Shown here in pieces: positions 45,147-54,700 of a stretch of 64,000 nucleotides of DNA (its first letter is position 1; every line of letters begins with the position of its first letter). The notes under the pieces were generated by a model. The model saw only the letters and a program-made list of their open reading frames with translations, was not told the origin of the DNA and did no database searches. Made by a program: the position numbers and the translations under genes. This DNA comes from Bacteroidota bacterium. Its GTDB lineage: Bacteria > Bacteroidota > Bacteroidia > Chitinophagales > UBA10324. The stretch is from positions 5,009 through 69,008 of the forward strand of contig BJGQ01000011.1 of the NCBI GenBank assembly GCA_014190575.1, written 5' to 3'.

Positions 45147-47189
45147 TTACCAGATTGCAACTCTCAAACTATCGTCGCGATACATGGCATCGCCGGCTTT
45201 AATGTTGAAGGCGGTAAAGAAATCATTCATATTGGTAATTGGAGCAATGCCACGAATCTGTCCTGGTGAATGGTAATCTGTTCTCAATCTTGAGATCAAA
45301 GCATCAGGACGAATGTTATTGCGCCATACACGAGTCCATGAAATAAAGAACCGTTGATGGGGGGTGTAACCTTCCATTTTAGTAGTGTCTTGTCCTTCCT
45401 TGGTTTTCTGGAAAGCCGCATAAGCAATCATGGCTCCACCTAAGTCAGCAATGTTTTCACCCATTGTTAAATCAGGATTGATATGCATTGAATCAAGAAC
45501 GATATATAATGAAAACTGCTTGCCCAATTTCGCAGCCTTACCTTTAAAATTATCCATATCGTTAGTGCTCCACCACTTTTTCAAATTTCCTTCGCCATCG
45601 TATTGCGAACCCTGATCATCAAAACCGTGAGTAATTTCATGACAAATAACAGCTCCAATTCCACCATAGTTTATTGCATCATCAGCAGTCGCATCGAAGA
45701 AAGGTGGTTGTAAAATTCCAGCAGGGAAAACGATTTCGTTGTTTGCGGGATTGTAGTAGGCATTTACAGTTTGCGGACTCATTCCCCATTCAGTGCGGTC
45801 AACCGGTTTACCGATTTTATTAATCATGTAATTCCATCCCCACTCATTGGAGCGTAACACATTTGTGCAATACGAACTGCGGTCAATTGTTAAAGATGAA
45901 TAGTCTCTCCACTTATCAGGATATCCGATTTTGCGGGTAATTTTATCTAACTTGGTTATGGCCTTTGTTTTAGTGCTGTCGTTCATCCAATCATTTTTCT
46001 GTATGCGCTCGCGGAAAGTTGCAATCATGTTGTCAATCATTTCGTTCATGCGCTTCTTGGCTTCAGGGGTGAAAGCAGTTTTCACATATTCTTCGCCCAA
46101 TGCCTCACCCATGTTTCCATCAATGTTGTTTAACACACGCTTCCAGCGAGGTTGCATTTGTTTGGTTCCGTTCAATGCTTTTCCATAAAAATTAAAACTC
46201 TTCAGGGCTAAAGAATCACTGAGGAATCGTGCATTTGAAATTATTACATTCCAAGCTAAGTAATCTTTCCAAACATCAAGCGGAGTTTTTTTCATTTGCG
46301 TTTCAACCAACTTAAAGAAAGCAGGCTGACCACAAATAATAGTATCAACTGTAATTCCCATTTCGGCCATGTGAGATTTCCAGTCTACCGAAGGATTAAA
46401 TTTTTGTAAATCAGCAACAGTCATTTTATGATATGTTGCATAAGGGTCGCGCATTTCAACCTGGCTCATACTTGCACCGGCAAGTGAGGTTTCAAACGCC
46501 ATAATCTTAACAGCTTTAGCTTCTGCAGTTGAAGCATCAACTCCTCTTTCCATTAATATCGAAGCAATCAAAGCAACATACTGTGCTCGCAACTCAACAC
46601 TCTTTGGGTCGGTACGGAAGTAATAGTCTTTTTCTGGCATTCCGATGCCGCCTTGACTAACATTCACAACAATCTTGCTGCTATTCATGTCATCTTGCCC
46701 GGCATAAATACTATACAATGGGCCAGTTCCGTTTTTCATTTCATGAGCAATTACGCTCATCATTCCTTTAATATCTTTTATACCATCAATCATTACTAAC
46801 TCTTCTTTCAATGGTTCAATTCCCTGCTTGTTCAGGTTAACTGAATCCATGCCAGTGAAATAAAAATCGCCCACTTTCTGACGGTTGCTTCCTTTTTCAT
46901 TCTTGGTATCAGCAGATGCTTCATCCAGAATTTTGTGAAGAATTTCGTAACGCATTTTATCCACTTCGCTGAATGAACCCCAACGAGATTCATCACCAGG
47001 AATGGGATTGTTTTTCATCCAGCCACCATTTACATACTTGTAAAAATCAGCACCGGGATGAATGGTAGAGTCAAAATCTGCAGCGTTTAAAACGGGTTTC
47101 GCAGTTTCGGTTTTGGTACCAGATTTACAGGCAAAGAATAATAAGGCAATAGCCAGCAAGGGGAGAGTGGCTTTTAAAAATTTTTGCAT
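45147..47189 (-). CDS. M13 family metallopeptidase (PepO/neprilysin-like) lipoprotein
   Basis: HEITHGFD and ENIADLGG zinc motifs. Lipobox FFACKSG. I prefer the ATG at 47189 because the longer TTG start at 47225 overlaps a TACATTTG -7 box. Confidence 0.9.
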   Translation of the reverse strand: MQKFLKATLPLLAIALLFFACKSGTKTETAKPVLNAADFDSTIHPGADFYKYVNGGWMKNNPIPGDESRWGSFSEVDKMRYEILHKILDEASADTKNEKGSNRQKVGDFYFTGMDSVNLNKQGIEPLKEELVMIDGIKDIKGMMSVIAHEMKNGTGPLYSIYAGQDDMNSSKIVVNVSQGGIGMPEKDYYFRTDPKSVELRAQYVALIASILMERGVDASTAEAKAVKIMAFETSLAGASMSQVEMRDPYATYHKMTVADLQKFNPSVDWKSHMAEMGITVDTIICGQPAFFKLVETQMKKTPLDVWKDYLAWNVIISNARFLSDSLALKSFNFYGKALNGTKQMQPRWKRVLNNIDGNMGEALGEEYVKTAFTPEAKKRMNEMIDNMIATFRERIQKNDWMNDSTKTKAITKLDKITRKIGYPDKWRDYSSLTIDRSSYCTNVLRSNEWGWNYMINKIGKPVDRTEWGMSPQTVNAYYNPANNEIVFPAGILQPPFFDATADDAINYGGIGAVICHEITHGFDDQGSQYDGEGNLKKWWSTNDMDNFKGKAAKLGKQFSLYIVLDSMHINPDLTMGENIADLGGAMIAYAAFQKTKEGQDTTKMEGYTPHQRFFISWTRVWRNNIRPDALISRLRTDYHSPGQIRGIAPITNMNDFFTAFNIKAGDAMYRDDSLRVAIW

Positions 47190-47222
47190 TGTGTTGTGTT
47201 TGTGATTTTTTTTTAAGGTTGG

Positions 47223-47230
47223 CAAATGTA
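47223..47230 (-). promoter_or_regulatory. -7 promoter box for the M13 peptidase gene
   Basis: The reverse strand reads TACATTTG, 34 nt upstream of the ATG at 47189. Confidence 0.45.
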
Positions 47231-47272
47231 ATAGGGAAATTTAATTGGTGAACATCAGCTAATTAAAGAAGA

Positions 47273-47782
47273 TTAGTGGGCAGTAAATAATGCTTTCAAC
47301 TCAGTTGCATCATCCACTTTCATTCTTCCTGAAAGAATAAGCCGCAATTGACGGCGGCGCAATGCGCCATCAAATAATTTTTGTTCTTGCTCGGTTTGTG
47401 GGGTTACAGGTTCTACTTCCTTTGGTTTACCGTTACGGTCAAGTGCCACGAAAGTGTAAAAGGCTTCGTGTGTTTTAATTTTATTCAACTCAGGCATATT
47501 CTCGGCGAACACTTCGATATAAACTTCCATACTCGTTTTAAAACTGCGAACCACTTTTGCATGAATAGTTACAAGGTCAGCAAGGCGAATTGGGTTTTGA
47601 AAAGAAACATTATCAACTGACGCTGTAACAACAGTCATGTGTGTATGTTTTGTAGCAGCAATGGCCGAACATATATCCATCCAGTACAATAACCGACCAC
47701 CATGTAAATTTCCAAGAATATTTGTGTCGTTCGGATGAACGAGTTCAGTCATTACAGTAAGTGAATCAGCAGGAGTTTTCAT
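47273..47782 (-). CDS. acyl-CoA thioesterase (YciA/BFIT-type hotdog)
   Basis: PNDTNILGNLHGGRLLYWMD and TASVD..SF motifs. Confidence 0.85.
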   Translation of the reverse strand: MKTPADSLTVMTELVHPNDTNILGNLHGGRLLYWMDICSAIAATKHTHMTVVTASVDNVSFQNPIRLADLVTIHAKVVRSFKTSMEVYIEVFAENMPELNKIKTHEAFYTFVALDRNGKPKEVEPVTPQTEQEQKLFDGALRRRQLRLILSGRMKVDDATELKALFTAH

Positions 47783-47823
47783 TATGATTTTATTTGTGGG
47801 CGCGAATGTATGGAGAAAAAAAA

Positions 47824-47858
47824 TTGATAATTGATAATGGATAATTGATAATGGATAG
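47824..47858 (+). repeat. tandem 14-mer direct repeats (2.5 copies)
   Basis: TTGATAA + TTGATAATGGATAA + TTGATAATGGATAG. Confidence 0.85.
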
Positions 47859-47887
47859 AACCAGCAGCATGAACTAACATCTAAAAA

Positions 47888-47901
47888 TTATCCATTATCA
47901 A
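47888..47901 (-). repeat. inverted copy of the 14-mer
   Basis: TTATCCATTATCAA is the exact reverse complement of TTGATAATGGATAA at 47831-47844. Confidence 0.85.
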
Positions 47902-47921
47902 CTGCTTATTACATTCGCCGA

Positions 47922-48887
47922 ATGATAATCATTACTGGTGCAGCAGGTTTTATTGGTTCATGTTTAGTTCGTAGGTTAAACGATGCAGGTTATTATAATC
48001 TAGGTTTGGTTGATGATTTTTCATCGGAACGGAAGAAAGAAAATTATGCATCAAAGAAATTCCTTAACATCATTCAGCGCTCTGAGTTTATAGATTGGTT
48101 TGACTTACAGCACGACTCCATTGATTTTATTTTTCACTTAGGCGCAAGAACAAATACCGCCGAGTTCAATGTCAGTTTACTGAATGATTTAAACCTGAAT
48201 TATTCAAAAGAAATTTTTACACGCTGTGCAAAGTATAAGATTCCGATTGTGTATGCTTCAAGTGCGGCAACTTACGGAGCCGGCGAATTTGGATATGATG
48301 ATAACCATTCAATCATTCCTTCCCTTCAACCTCTGAACCCATATGGTGTTTCGAAAAATGAATTTGATAAATGGGTGTTACAGCAAAATCAACTACCGCC
48401 ATTTTGGATCGGACTTAAGTTTTTTAATGTGTATGGTCCGAATGAATATCACAAAGCAAGAATGGCAAGCGTGATTTTTCATGGGTACAATCAGATAAAA
48501 GAAGAAGGAAAAATAAAACTCTTCCGTTCGCATAAAGCAGAATATAACGACGGAATGCAGCAACGCGATTTTATTTATGTGAAAGATGTGGTGGATGTGT
48601 TGCTCTGGTTTTTCAACGAACAAAAACACAAAGGCATTTATAATTTAGGAACAGGCCAAGCAAGAACCTTCATTGATTTATCTAACAGTATTTTCAATGC
48701 ACTAAACCTGAAACACGAAATTGAATGGACAGATATTCCAACTGACATTCGCGATAAGTATCAATATTTTACTGAGGCAAAAATGGAAAAACTTCGAAGC
48801 ATCGGGTACATAAAACCATTTACTTCACTTGAAGATGGAGTGAAGGATTATGTGTTGAATTATTTGGAAGGGAAGAAAATCATGTAA
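47922..48887 (+). CDS. hldD: ADP-L-glycero-D-manno-heptose 6-epimerase
   Basis: MIIITGAAGFIGS, YASSAATYG, FNVYGPNEYHKARMASV, QRDFIYVKDV and YNLGTG align collinearly with my recollection of E. coli RfaD. Confidence 0.82.
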   Translation: MIIITGAAGFIGSCLVRRLNDAGYYNLGLVDDFSSERKKENYASKKFLNIIQRSEFIDWFDLQHDSIDFIFHLGARTNTAEFNVSLLNDLNLNYSKEIFTRCAKYKIPIVYASSAATYGAGEFGYDDNHSIIPSLQPLNPYGVSKNEFDKWVLQQNQLPPFWIGLKFFNVYGPNEYHKARMASVIFHGYNQIKEEGKIKLFRSHKAEYNDGMQQRDFIYVKDVVDVLLWFFNEQKHKGIYNLGTGQARTFIDLSNSIFNALNLKHEIEWTDIPTDIRDKYQYFTEAKMEKLRSIGYIKPFTSLEDGVKDYVLNYLEGKKIM

Positions 48888-48905
48888 CAGAAAAACTAAC
48901 AGCCA

Positions 48906-50327
48906 TTGGTATTCAGTTCAAGTTTATTTCTGCTTTATTTCTTTCCTGTATTTCTGCTTGCGTATTTATTTACCCCGGTAAAATTTAAGAATTACACCAT
49001 ACTTATTGCAAGCGTTTTGTTTTATGCCTGGGGTGCACCGAAATTTATTTTCGGTTTGTTCGCAGTGCTTGTTGCAGATTATTTTTTGGGGAATAAAATT
49101 TATGAATCGCAAGGCAGAAAGCGGAAAATATTTCTCACCATTTCAATAATTATAAATGTTGGAATGTTGTTGTACTTCAAGTACGCAAATTTTTTTGTAG
49201 AAAACCTGAATGATGTGCTGCATCTGTTCAACATTGAAAATGTAAACTGGACGAAAGTGGTTTTACCAATCGGTATTTCGTTTTTCACTTTCCAGGAAAT
49301 GAGTTACACCATTGATATTTATCGGGGCGAACACAAACCGCTGCAAAAATTTACCGATTACATGTTGTTCATTTTTATGTTCTCGCATTTAATAGCAGGA
49401 CCAATTGTCACCTATCACATTCTTGCTGATGACATTGTTGACCGCCGACACCAACTCAACAACGATTACCGCTTGCTTGGTTTGTATCGCTTCATCATTG
49501 GCATGGCAAAAAAAGTTTTGATTGCAAATGTTCTGGGTGAAGTAGCTGATGATGTATTCAAATTGCAACCTGCTGATATAAATTCTACAACAGCGTGGCT
49601 CGGAATTTTAGCATATACTTTTCAATTGTATTTCGATTTCTCCGGCTATTCTGATATGGCAATCGGTATCGGAAAATTTCTGGGCTTCAACTTTCCGGAA
49701 AATTTTAATAGTCCATACATTTCGCAAAGCATTACTGAGTTCTGGCGCAGATGGCATATGACACTCAGCAGCTGGATGAAAAATTATTTATACATCCCAC
49801 TTGGTGGAAATAAAGTTTCTGTATTAAGAATGTTTTTAAATCTCTGGATTGTTTTTCTCATCTCCGGTTTCTGGCACGGAGCCGAATGGACTTTTTTAGT
49901 GTGGGGTGCTTATCATGGATTTTTTATTGTGCTGGATAAATTATTCCTGATTAAACTTTTGAAGCCAATCGGTAAAATCCCAAGAACCATTTTCACCTTC
50001 ATAATTGCAATGGTTGGTTGGGTGTTTTTTCGTGCGGCAGATTTGTCGTATGCAATCGGGTTTATAAAAAAAATGTTTTCGTTTCAGTTCAATTATTCTG
50101 AGGTTATTTATTCCAATCGTTTTGAGTTCACTATGCTACTCGCAATTATTTTTTCGTTCGCAGCATTGTCTGATAAAATTGCACAATGTCAATGGAAGGG
50201 ATTGAATATTTCAAATAACAATTTCATTTTATCATTCAGAGTCATTCTTTCCATTTCACTTTTCATTCTTGCATTAGCAGATATTACTTCATCGGGTTTT
50301 AATCCATTTATCTATTTCAGATTTTAA
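48906..50327 (+). CDS. MBOAT family O-acyltransferase (AlgI/DltB-like)
   Basis: Polytopic membrane protein with FWRRWHMTLSSW and SGFWHGA (conserved His). TTG start per the ORF track. Confidence 0.85.
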   Translation: MVFSSSLFLLYFFPVFLLAYLFTPVKFKNYTILIASVLFYAWGAPKFIFGLFAVLVADYFLGNKIYESQGRKRKIFLTISIIINVGMLLYFKYANFFVENLNDVLHLFNIENVNWTKVVLPIGISFFTFQEMSYTIDIYRGEHKPLQKFTDYMLFIFMFSHLIAGPIVTYHILADDIVDRRHQLNNDYRLLGLYRFIIGMAKKVLIANVLGEVADDVFKLQPADINSTTAWLGILAYTFQLYFDFSGYSDMAIGIGKFLGFNFPENFNSPYISQSITEFWRRWHMTLSSWMKNYLYIPLGGNKVSVLRMFLNLWIVFLISGFWHGAEWTFLVWGAYHGFFIVLDKLFLIKLLKPIGKIPRTIFTFIIAMVGWVFFRAADLSYAIGFIKKMFSFQFNYSEVIYSNRFEFTMLLAIIFSFAALSDKIAQCQWKGLNISNNNFILSFRVILSISLFILALADITSSGFNPFIYFRF

Positions 50328-50330
50328 TCC

Positions 50331-51479
50331 ATGAAAAAAAATAATTTCAAACTCATTCTTCTTTCACTGTTGATTGCTGTAATGGTGCTCCCATTGTCTG
50401 AAAAAATATTTCACTTCTCCGTTTCAAAACTTGCCGAGTTAAAAGGTGCTTATGTAAAACCTGTTTGTCCGCAACTGAGCTGGAAAAGTTTTTTCAATTA
50501 CGAAATGCAGGATAGTTTAAGTAGTTATGTTGAAAATGAAATCAGCAACAGAAATTCGCTCGTGCGTTTGCGAAATCAAATTGCATTTACAATATTTCAT
50601 GAATCACCGAATAAAGAATTGGTTGTAGGAAAAAATAATTATTTGTTTGAGCGTGCTTACATAGATTTTTATACGCAGCAGGTTTGGTTCGACAGTGCAT
50701 GGATGAGTAAACGAATTGAATTATTGGTTGATGTAACAGATTCTCTGAAAAGGAGAAATATTGATTTGGTGGTTGTTTACGCACCAAGTAAAGCTTCTTT
50801 TATGCCTGAAAATATTCCGGATAGATATTTATGGAATTGCAAAAGAGATAATATTTATAAAACCTGTGCTCATCTGATGGAGCAAAGTAAAGTTCTGTTT
50901 ATTGATTTTAATAAATACTTCATTTCTCAAAAAGACAAAAGCCCGATTGAAATTTTTCCGAGAGGAAATGCCCATTGGAGTTATTTCACCGGAACAGTCG
51001 CAGCAGATTCTATCGCAAGATTTATTCGGACGCAATTCAATATTCCACTTGTTCATTATAAATGGTATCAACCACCGGCAACTGATAAAACAAATTATCA
51101 GGAAGGTGATTTAGCTGTTACACTTAATCTGCTGAAACCTTTCAGAGATGGAGGATATGTTTATCCGACTATAGAAGTAACTGATTCTGCGAATTGTGTA
51201 AAACCTGATGTAGCAATCATCGGTGATAGTTTTGCATGGACATTAATTTTCTCTTACCTGCCGCAAAATATTTTCAGCAGAAATTTTGAATTCTGGGATT
51301 ATAACCGGAAAATATGGAGTCCTTACAAAAACGAAACAATCAATATTGAGCAGCTTGATTATAAAAATGAGTTACTCAAAAAACGAGTCATCATTATAGT
51401 TGAAGGAGGACTTCATTACAACGAAATTGGTCACGGATTTATTGATAAGACTTATGAGTTGTTTCATCACAAGAAATAA
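50331..51479 (+). CDS. AlgJ/AlgX-like (SGNH-like) partner of the MBOAT acyltransferase
   Basis: Single N-terminal transmembrane helix. VVVYAPSKAS and RGNAHWS (a D/N-x-H-W-type motif). It lies 3 nt after the MBOAT gene. Confidence 0.5.
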   Translation: MKKNNFKLILLSLLIAVMVLPLSEKIFHFSVSKLAELKGAYVKPVCPQLSWKSFFNYEMQDSLSSYVENEISNRNSLVRLRNQIAFTIFHESPNKELVVGKNNYLFERAYIDFYTQQVWFDSAWMSKRIELLVDVTDSLKRRNIDLVVVYAPSKASFMPENIPDRYLWNCKRDNIYKTCAHLMEQSKVLFIDFNKYFISQKDKSPIEIFPRGNAHWSYFTGTVAADSIARFIRTQFNIPLVHYKWYQPPATDKTNYQEGDLAVTLNLLKPFRDGGYVYPTIEVTDSANCVKPDVAIIGDSFAWTLIFSYLPQNIFSRNFEFWDYNRKIWSPYKNETINIEQLDYKNELLKKRVIIIVEGGLHYNEIGHGFIDKTYELFHHKK

Positions 51480-51481
51480 AA

Positions 51482-51505
51482 AAAGCGACAAATAATTGTC
51501 GCTTT
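51482..51505. terminator. hairpin between the AlgJ-like gene and tRNA-Ser; terminator for the tRNA and possibly for the + operon
   Basis: Perfect 10-bp stem AAAGCGACAA-ataa-TTGTCGCTTT. The reverse strand follows it with a T-run. Confidence 0.6.
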
Positions 51506-51516
51506 GGTTCAGGAAG

Positions 51517-51601
51517 CGGAGAGAAAGGGATTCGAACCCCTGGAACATTGCTGTTCAACGGTTTTCAAGACCGCCGCTATCGACCGCTCAGCCATCTCTC
51601 C
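51517..51601 (-). tRNA. tRNA-Ser (anticodon UGA)
   Basis: The reverse complement is GGAGAGATGGCTGAGCGGTCGATAGCGGCGGTCTTGAAAACCGTTGAACAGCAATGTTCCAGGGGTTCGAATCCCTTTCTCTCCG. It has a 7-bp acceptor stem, anticodon loop CTTGAAA, a long variable arm (GAAC..GTTC) and a GGTTCGAATCC T-loop. CCA is not encoded. Confidence 0.93.
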
Positions 51602-51762
51602 GCCGCAAAAATAACCGCAGATTCCATTTGGCAAATTTTAACTGTCAATTATTCATAAATAATTTTGACTATTGTATTGATATTCGTAAATGATAAAGGA
51701 TCTTTGAATAACAATACGCAGATTCAACCGTATTGATAGAAAATTTTAATTAAAATAAACAG

Positions 51763-54700
51763 ATGAGGAAACCTTTAAGTATATTTTCAATTTTGATTTT
51801 GCTTTTTTTATATTCGAATAGTTCAGGTATGACAGAAACCAATTCGTATCTGCCACAGTATTCGTTTACAGAAAATAAAGGCCAATTAATAAATACATCA
51901 AACTTACCAGCCAATGAGATTCTATATTATAGTAATATGGGAGATGTAAGCATTTATATAAGCAAGGATAAATTGTATTATGTGTTTTATAAAAGTAGTA
52001 ATACAGAAAAAACGAAAGAAGATATAAATGAAATGCCAATTGGAAGCACGAATAATGAAACGGTTCGGGTTGAATTAAAGATACTGAATGCAAATGATAA
52101 TATTTTAGCCTCTGGAGAAGATCAAAGCAACTTAACTTCAAATTATTTTTTTCCTTCTTGTCCAAAGGGTATTACTGCAAGGAATTTTAATAAAATAAAT
52201 CTGGAAAATATTTACCCTGGAATTGATTGGGTTTTATATTTTAAGGTAGAATCAGGACACACCGTTTTTAAATATGATTTTGAAGTTAAACCGGGTGCAG
52301 ATCCCAACCTGATTAAAATTCAATATGATGGTGCTCAAAAAATTTCAAAATCATTAAATGGAGGTATTGAAATTGAAACAATTCTAGGGAATATTCACGA
52401 TGCGAAACCTGTTTCTTTCATTGAGAAATCAAAACAATCAATAAAATCTTCATTTAAAATATCAAATAATCAAATAAGTTTTGATCTAAGCGATTATAAT
52501 AAAAATGAAAAACTGGTAATTGATCCAACGGTGCTTTGGTCCACTTATTTTGGATACAGTGGTGATGAACATGGCCGAGCAATCACTGTAGGTGTGGATG
52601 GGTTTGTTTATGCCGCCGGTTTTACAAATACTGTTGGTTTTCCAGTACTTAATGGATACAGTACTCCACAGTATACAAGTGGTTTTCATGGATGGATTAT
52701 GAAACTTTCTCCTTCTCTTCAACCACTTTGGGTTACATATTATGGAGGAAGTGCAGCGGAAGTTTGCAGAACGATTGATGTTGATTCTGCAGGTAATGTT
52801 TTTGTTGGAATGGAAACCCGAAGTAGTGATATGCCAACTTTCAATGCATATCAACCGATAAAGGGCGATACCGATGATTTTTTTATTATGAAACTTACCC
52901 CATCCGGATTCCCGATATGGGCAAGCTACTATGGTGGAAATAATTTGGATGGTATGCGACGAATAAAACTTAGTCACAATGGCTATTTTGTTGCTTCAGG
53001 TTATTCAATGAGTACAAATTTCCCAATGATTAATCCAATTCAGGCAAATAATGCCGGAGAAGCAGATGCGATAATTATGAAGGTAAGCATGAATACAGGC
53101 TTTCCTATTTGGTCAACTTATTATGGTGGTAGCGGATATGATGAGCCGGTTGGAATAACAATCGACAATAACAACAATGTGTTCTTTGTTGGGTCAACCA
53201 AAAGCCCAAATTTTCCAGTGCAAAATGCATATCAATCAGTTTTAAAAGGTGCAAGCGATATTTTTGTTGTGAAGTTGAATTCATCAAATACAGTTGCTTG
53301 GTCAACTTATATTGGTTCCACATCAGACGATGATGGAAGGGGAATTGCAGTTGATGAAGCCGGAAATCCTTTTATAATGGGAACAACAACGAGCGGAAAT
53401 TATCCGCATGTTAATTCATGGCAGCCCACTATTAAACTTCCAAGCGATGCTGTAATAACAAAATTTACTTCGGCTGGTACATTAAGCTGGTCGACTTTTG
53501 CAGGTGGAGTAGGTACTGAAGACGGGCAAGCAATTGCAGTTGATAATCTCGGAAATGTAATTGCCGTCGGATATACTTTAAGCTCAAATTATCCATTATT
53601 GAATGCCACACAATCTGTTTTTGGTGGTAACCGCGATGCTTTTATTTTAAGATTTACAAATAATGGAAAAGGGCAATTATCAACTTATTACGGTGGATCA
53701 GGTACTGAGCAGGCGAGGAGCGTAGCGGTAGATAATCGTGGAAACGCATATGTTATTGGCACAACAGGAAGTGCTAATCTACCATTACAAAATCCATTTC
53801 AATCAACTTATGGATCATTGATTTCCGGACAGGGTGATTGTTTTATGATGAAAATTAATTATTCAAATCTTCCAAAACCAACGATTACTATTAATGGACA
53901 AAATCCAAAATGTAATATCAATGATAATATTTTGTTAATAAGTAGTAATACTGGTAATAATTTATGGTCAAATGGTTCAACAACACAGTCATTATCCACT
54001 TCCATTACAGGAAGTTATTTTGTTAAAGCCATTGATACAACAGGTGTTGGAGTTTTTTCTGACACAATATCTATTTCAAATAATTTAATTACATCAGTTT
54101 CAACTGATTCAGTTGCACTTTCAAATTTATGTATTGGCGCCTCTATTTCTTTAAGTGCACAGAATTTAAGCGGAGCTATTTATAGTTGGAATGGACCAAA
54201 TGGATTTTTTTCCGCTTTAAATAATTCAGTTGTAAGTAGTTTGCAATTAGCATCATTGGGAATTTACAGTTGCACTGTAACGGTTGGTGAATGTTCAAAA
54301 ATTATTAAAAAAATTAATCTCGTAAATTTTATAAATCAAATAACTCCAACCAATACATCATATACAGGTGCAGTGTGTCAGGGCGGGCAATTTTCACTGC
54401 AAACAGATAGCATTGCAAGTGTTCAATATTTATGGAATGGCCAAAATGGATTTACGGCAAATACAAGAACAGTAACAGTTTCAAATGTTCTTCCGCAAAA
54501 TGCCGGTAGTTATATTGTAAAATTGATTGCTAATGGTTGCGAAAGTTTACCCGCCTCAATAACAGTTGTAATTTACGCACAACCCAGCGCTGATGCAGGA
54601 CAGGATTTATTAGCATGTAATGGAAATAATACAATATATCTTGATGGTACAAATGTAACGACAGGAATTGGTACATGGACTTGTACAACTTTGCCTGCAG

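Noticed and set aside
47190-47225. Longer TTG-initiated N-terminus of the M13 peptidase.
   Set aside because: The extension overlaps a TACATTTG -7 box. It would also place 12 polar residues before an otherwise typical lipoprotein signal that starts at the ATG at 47189.
47824-47901. Possible CRISPR-like array.
   Set aside because: There are only 2.5 abutting copies of a 14-mer with no spacers, plus one inverted copy. There are no cas genes in the window, and the repeats are far too short.
51496-51693. 65-aa + strand ORF.
   Set aside because: It overlaps the tRNA-Ser gene on the opposite strand. The tRNA cloverleaf explains the sequence.
51480-51762. tRNA-Ser as an integration site for a genomic island.
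   Set aside because: There is no integrase, no direct repeat of the tRNA 3' end, and no mobile-element genes on either side. The neighbours are an envelope glycan operon and a T9SS cargo gene.
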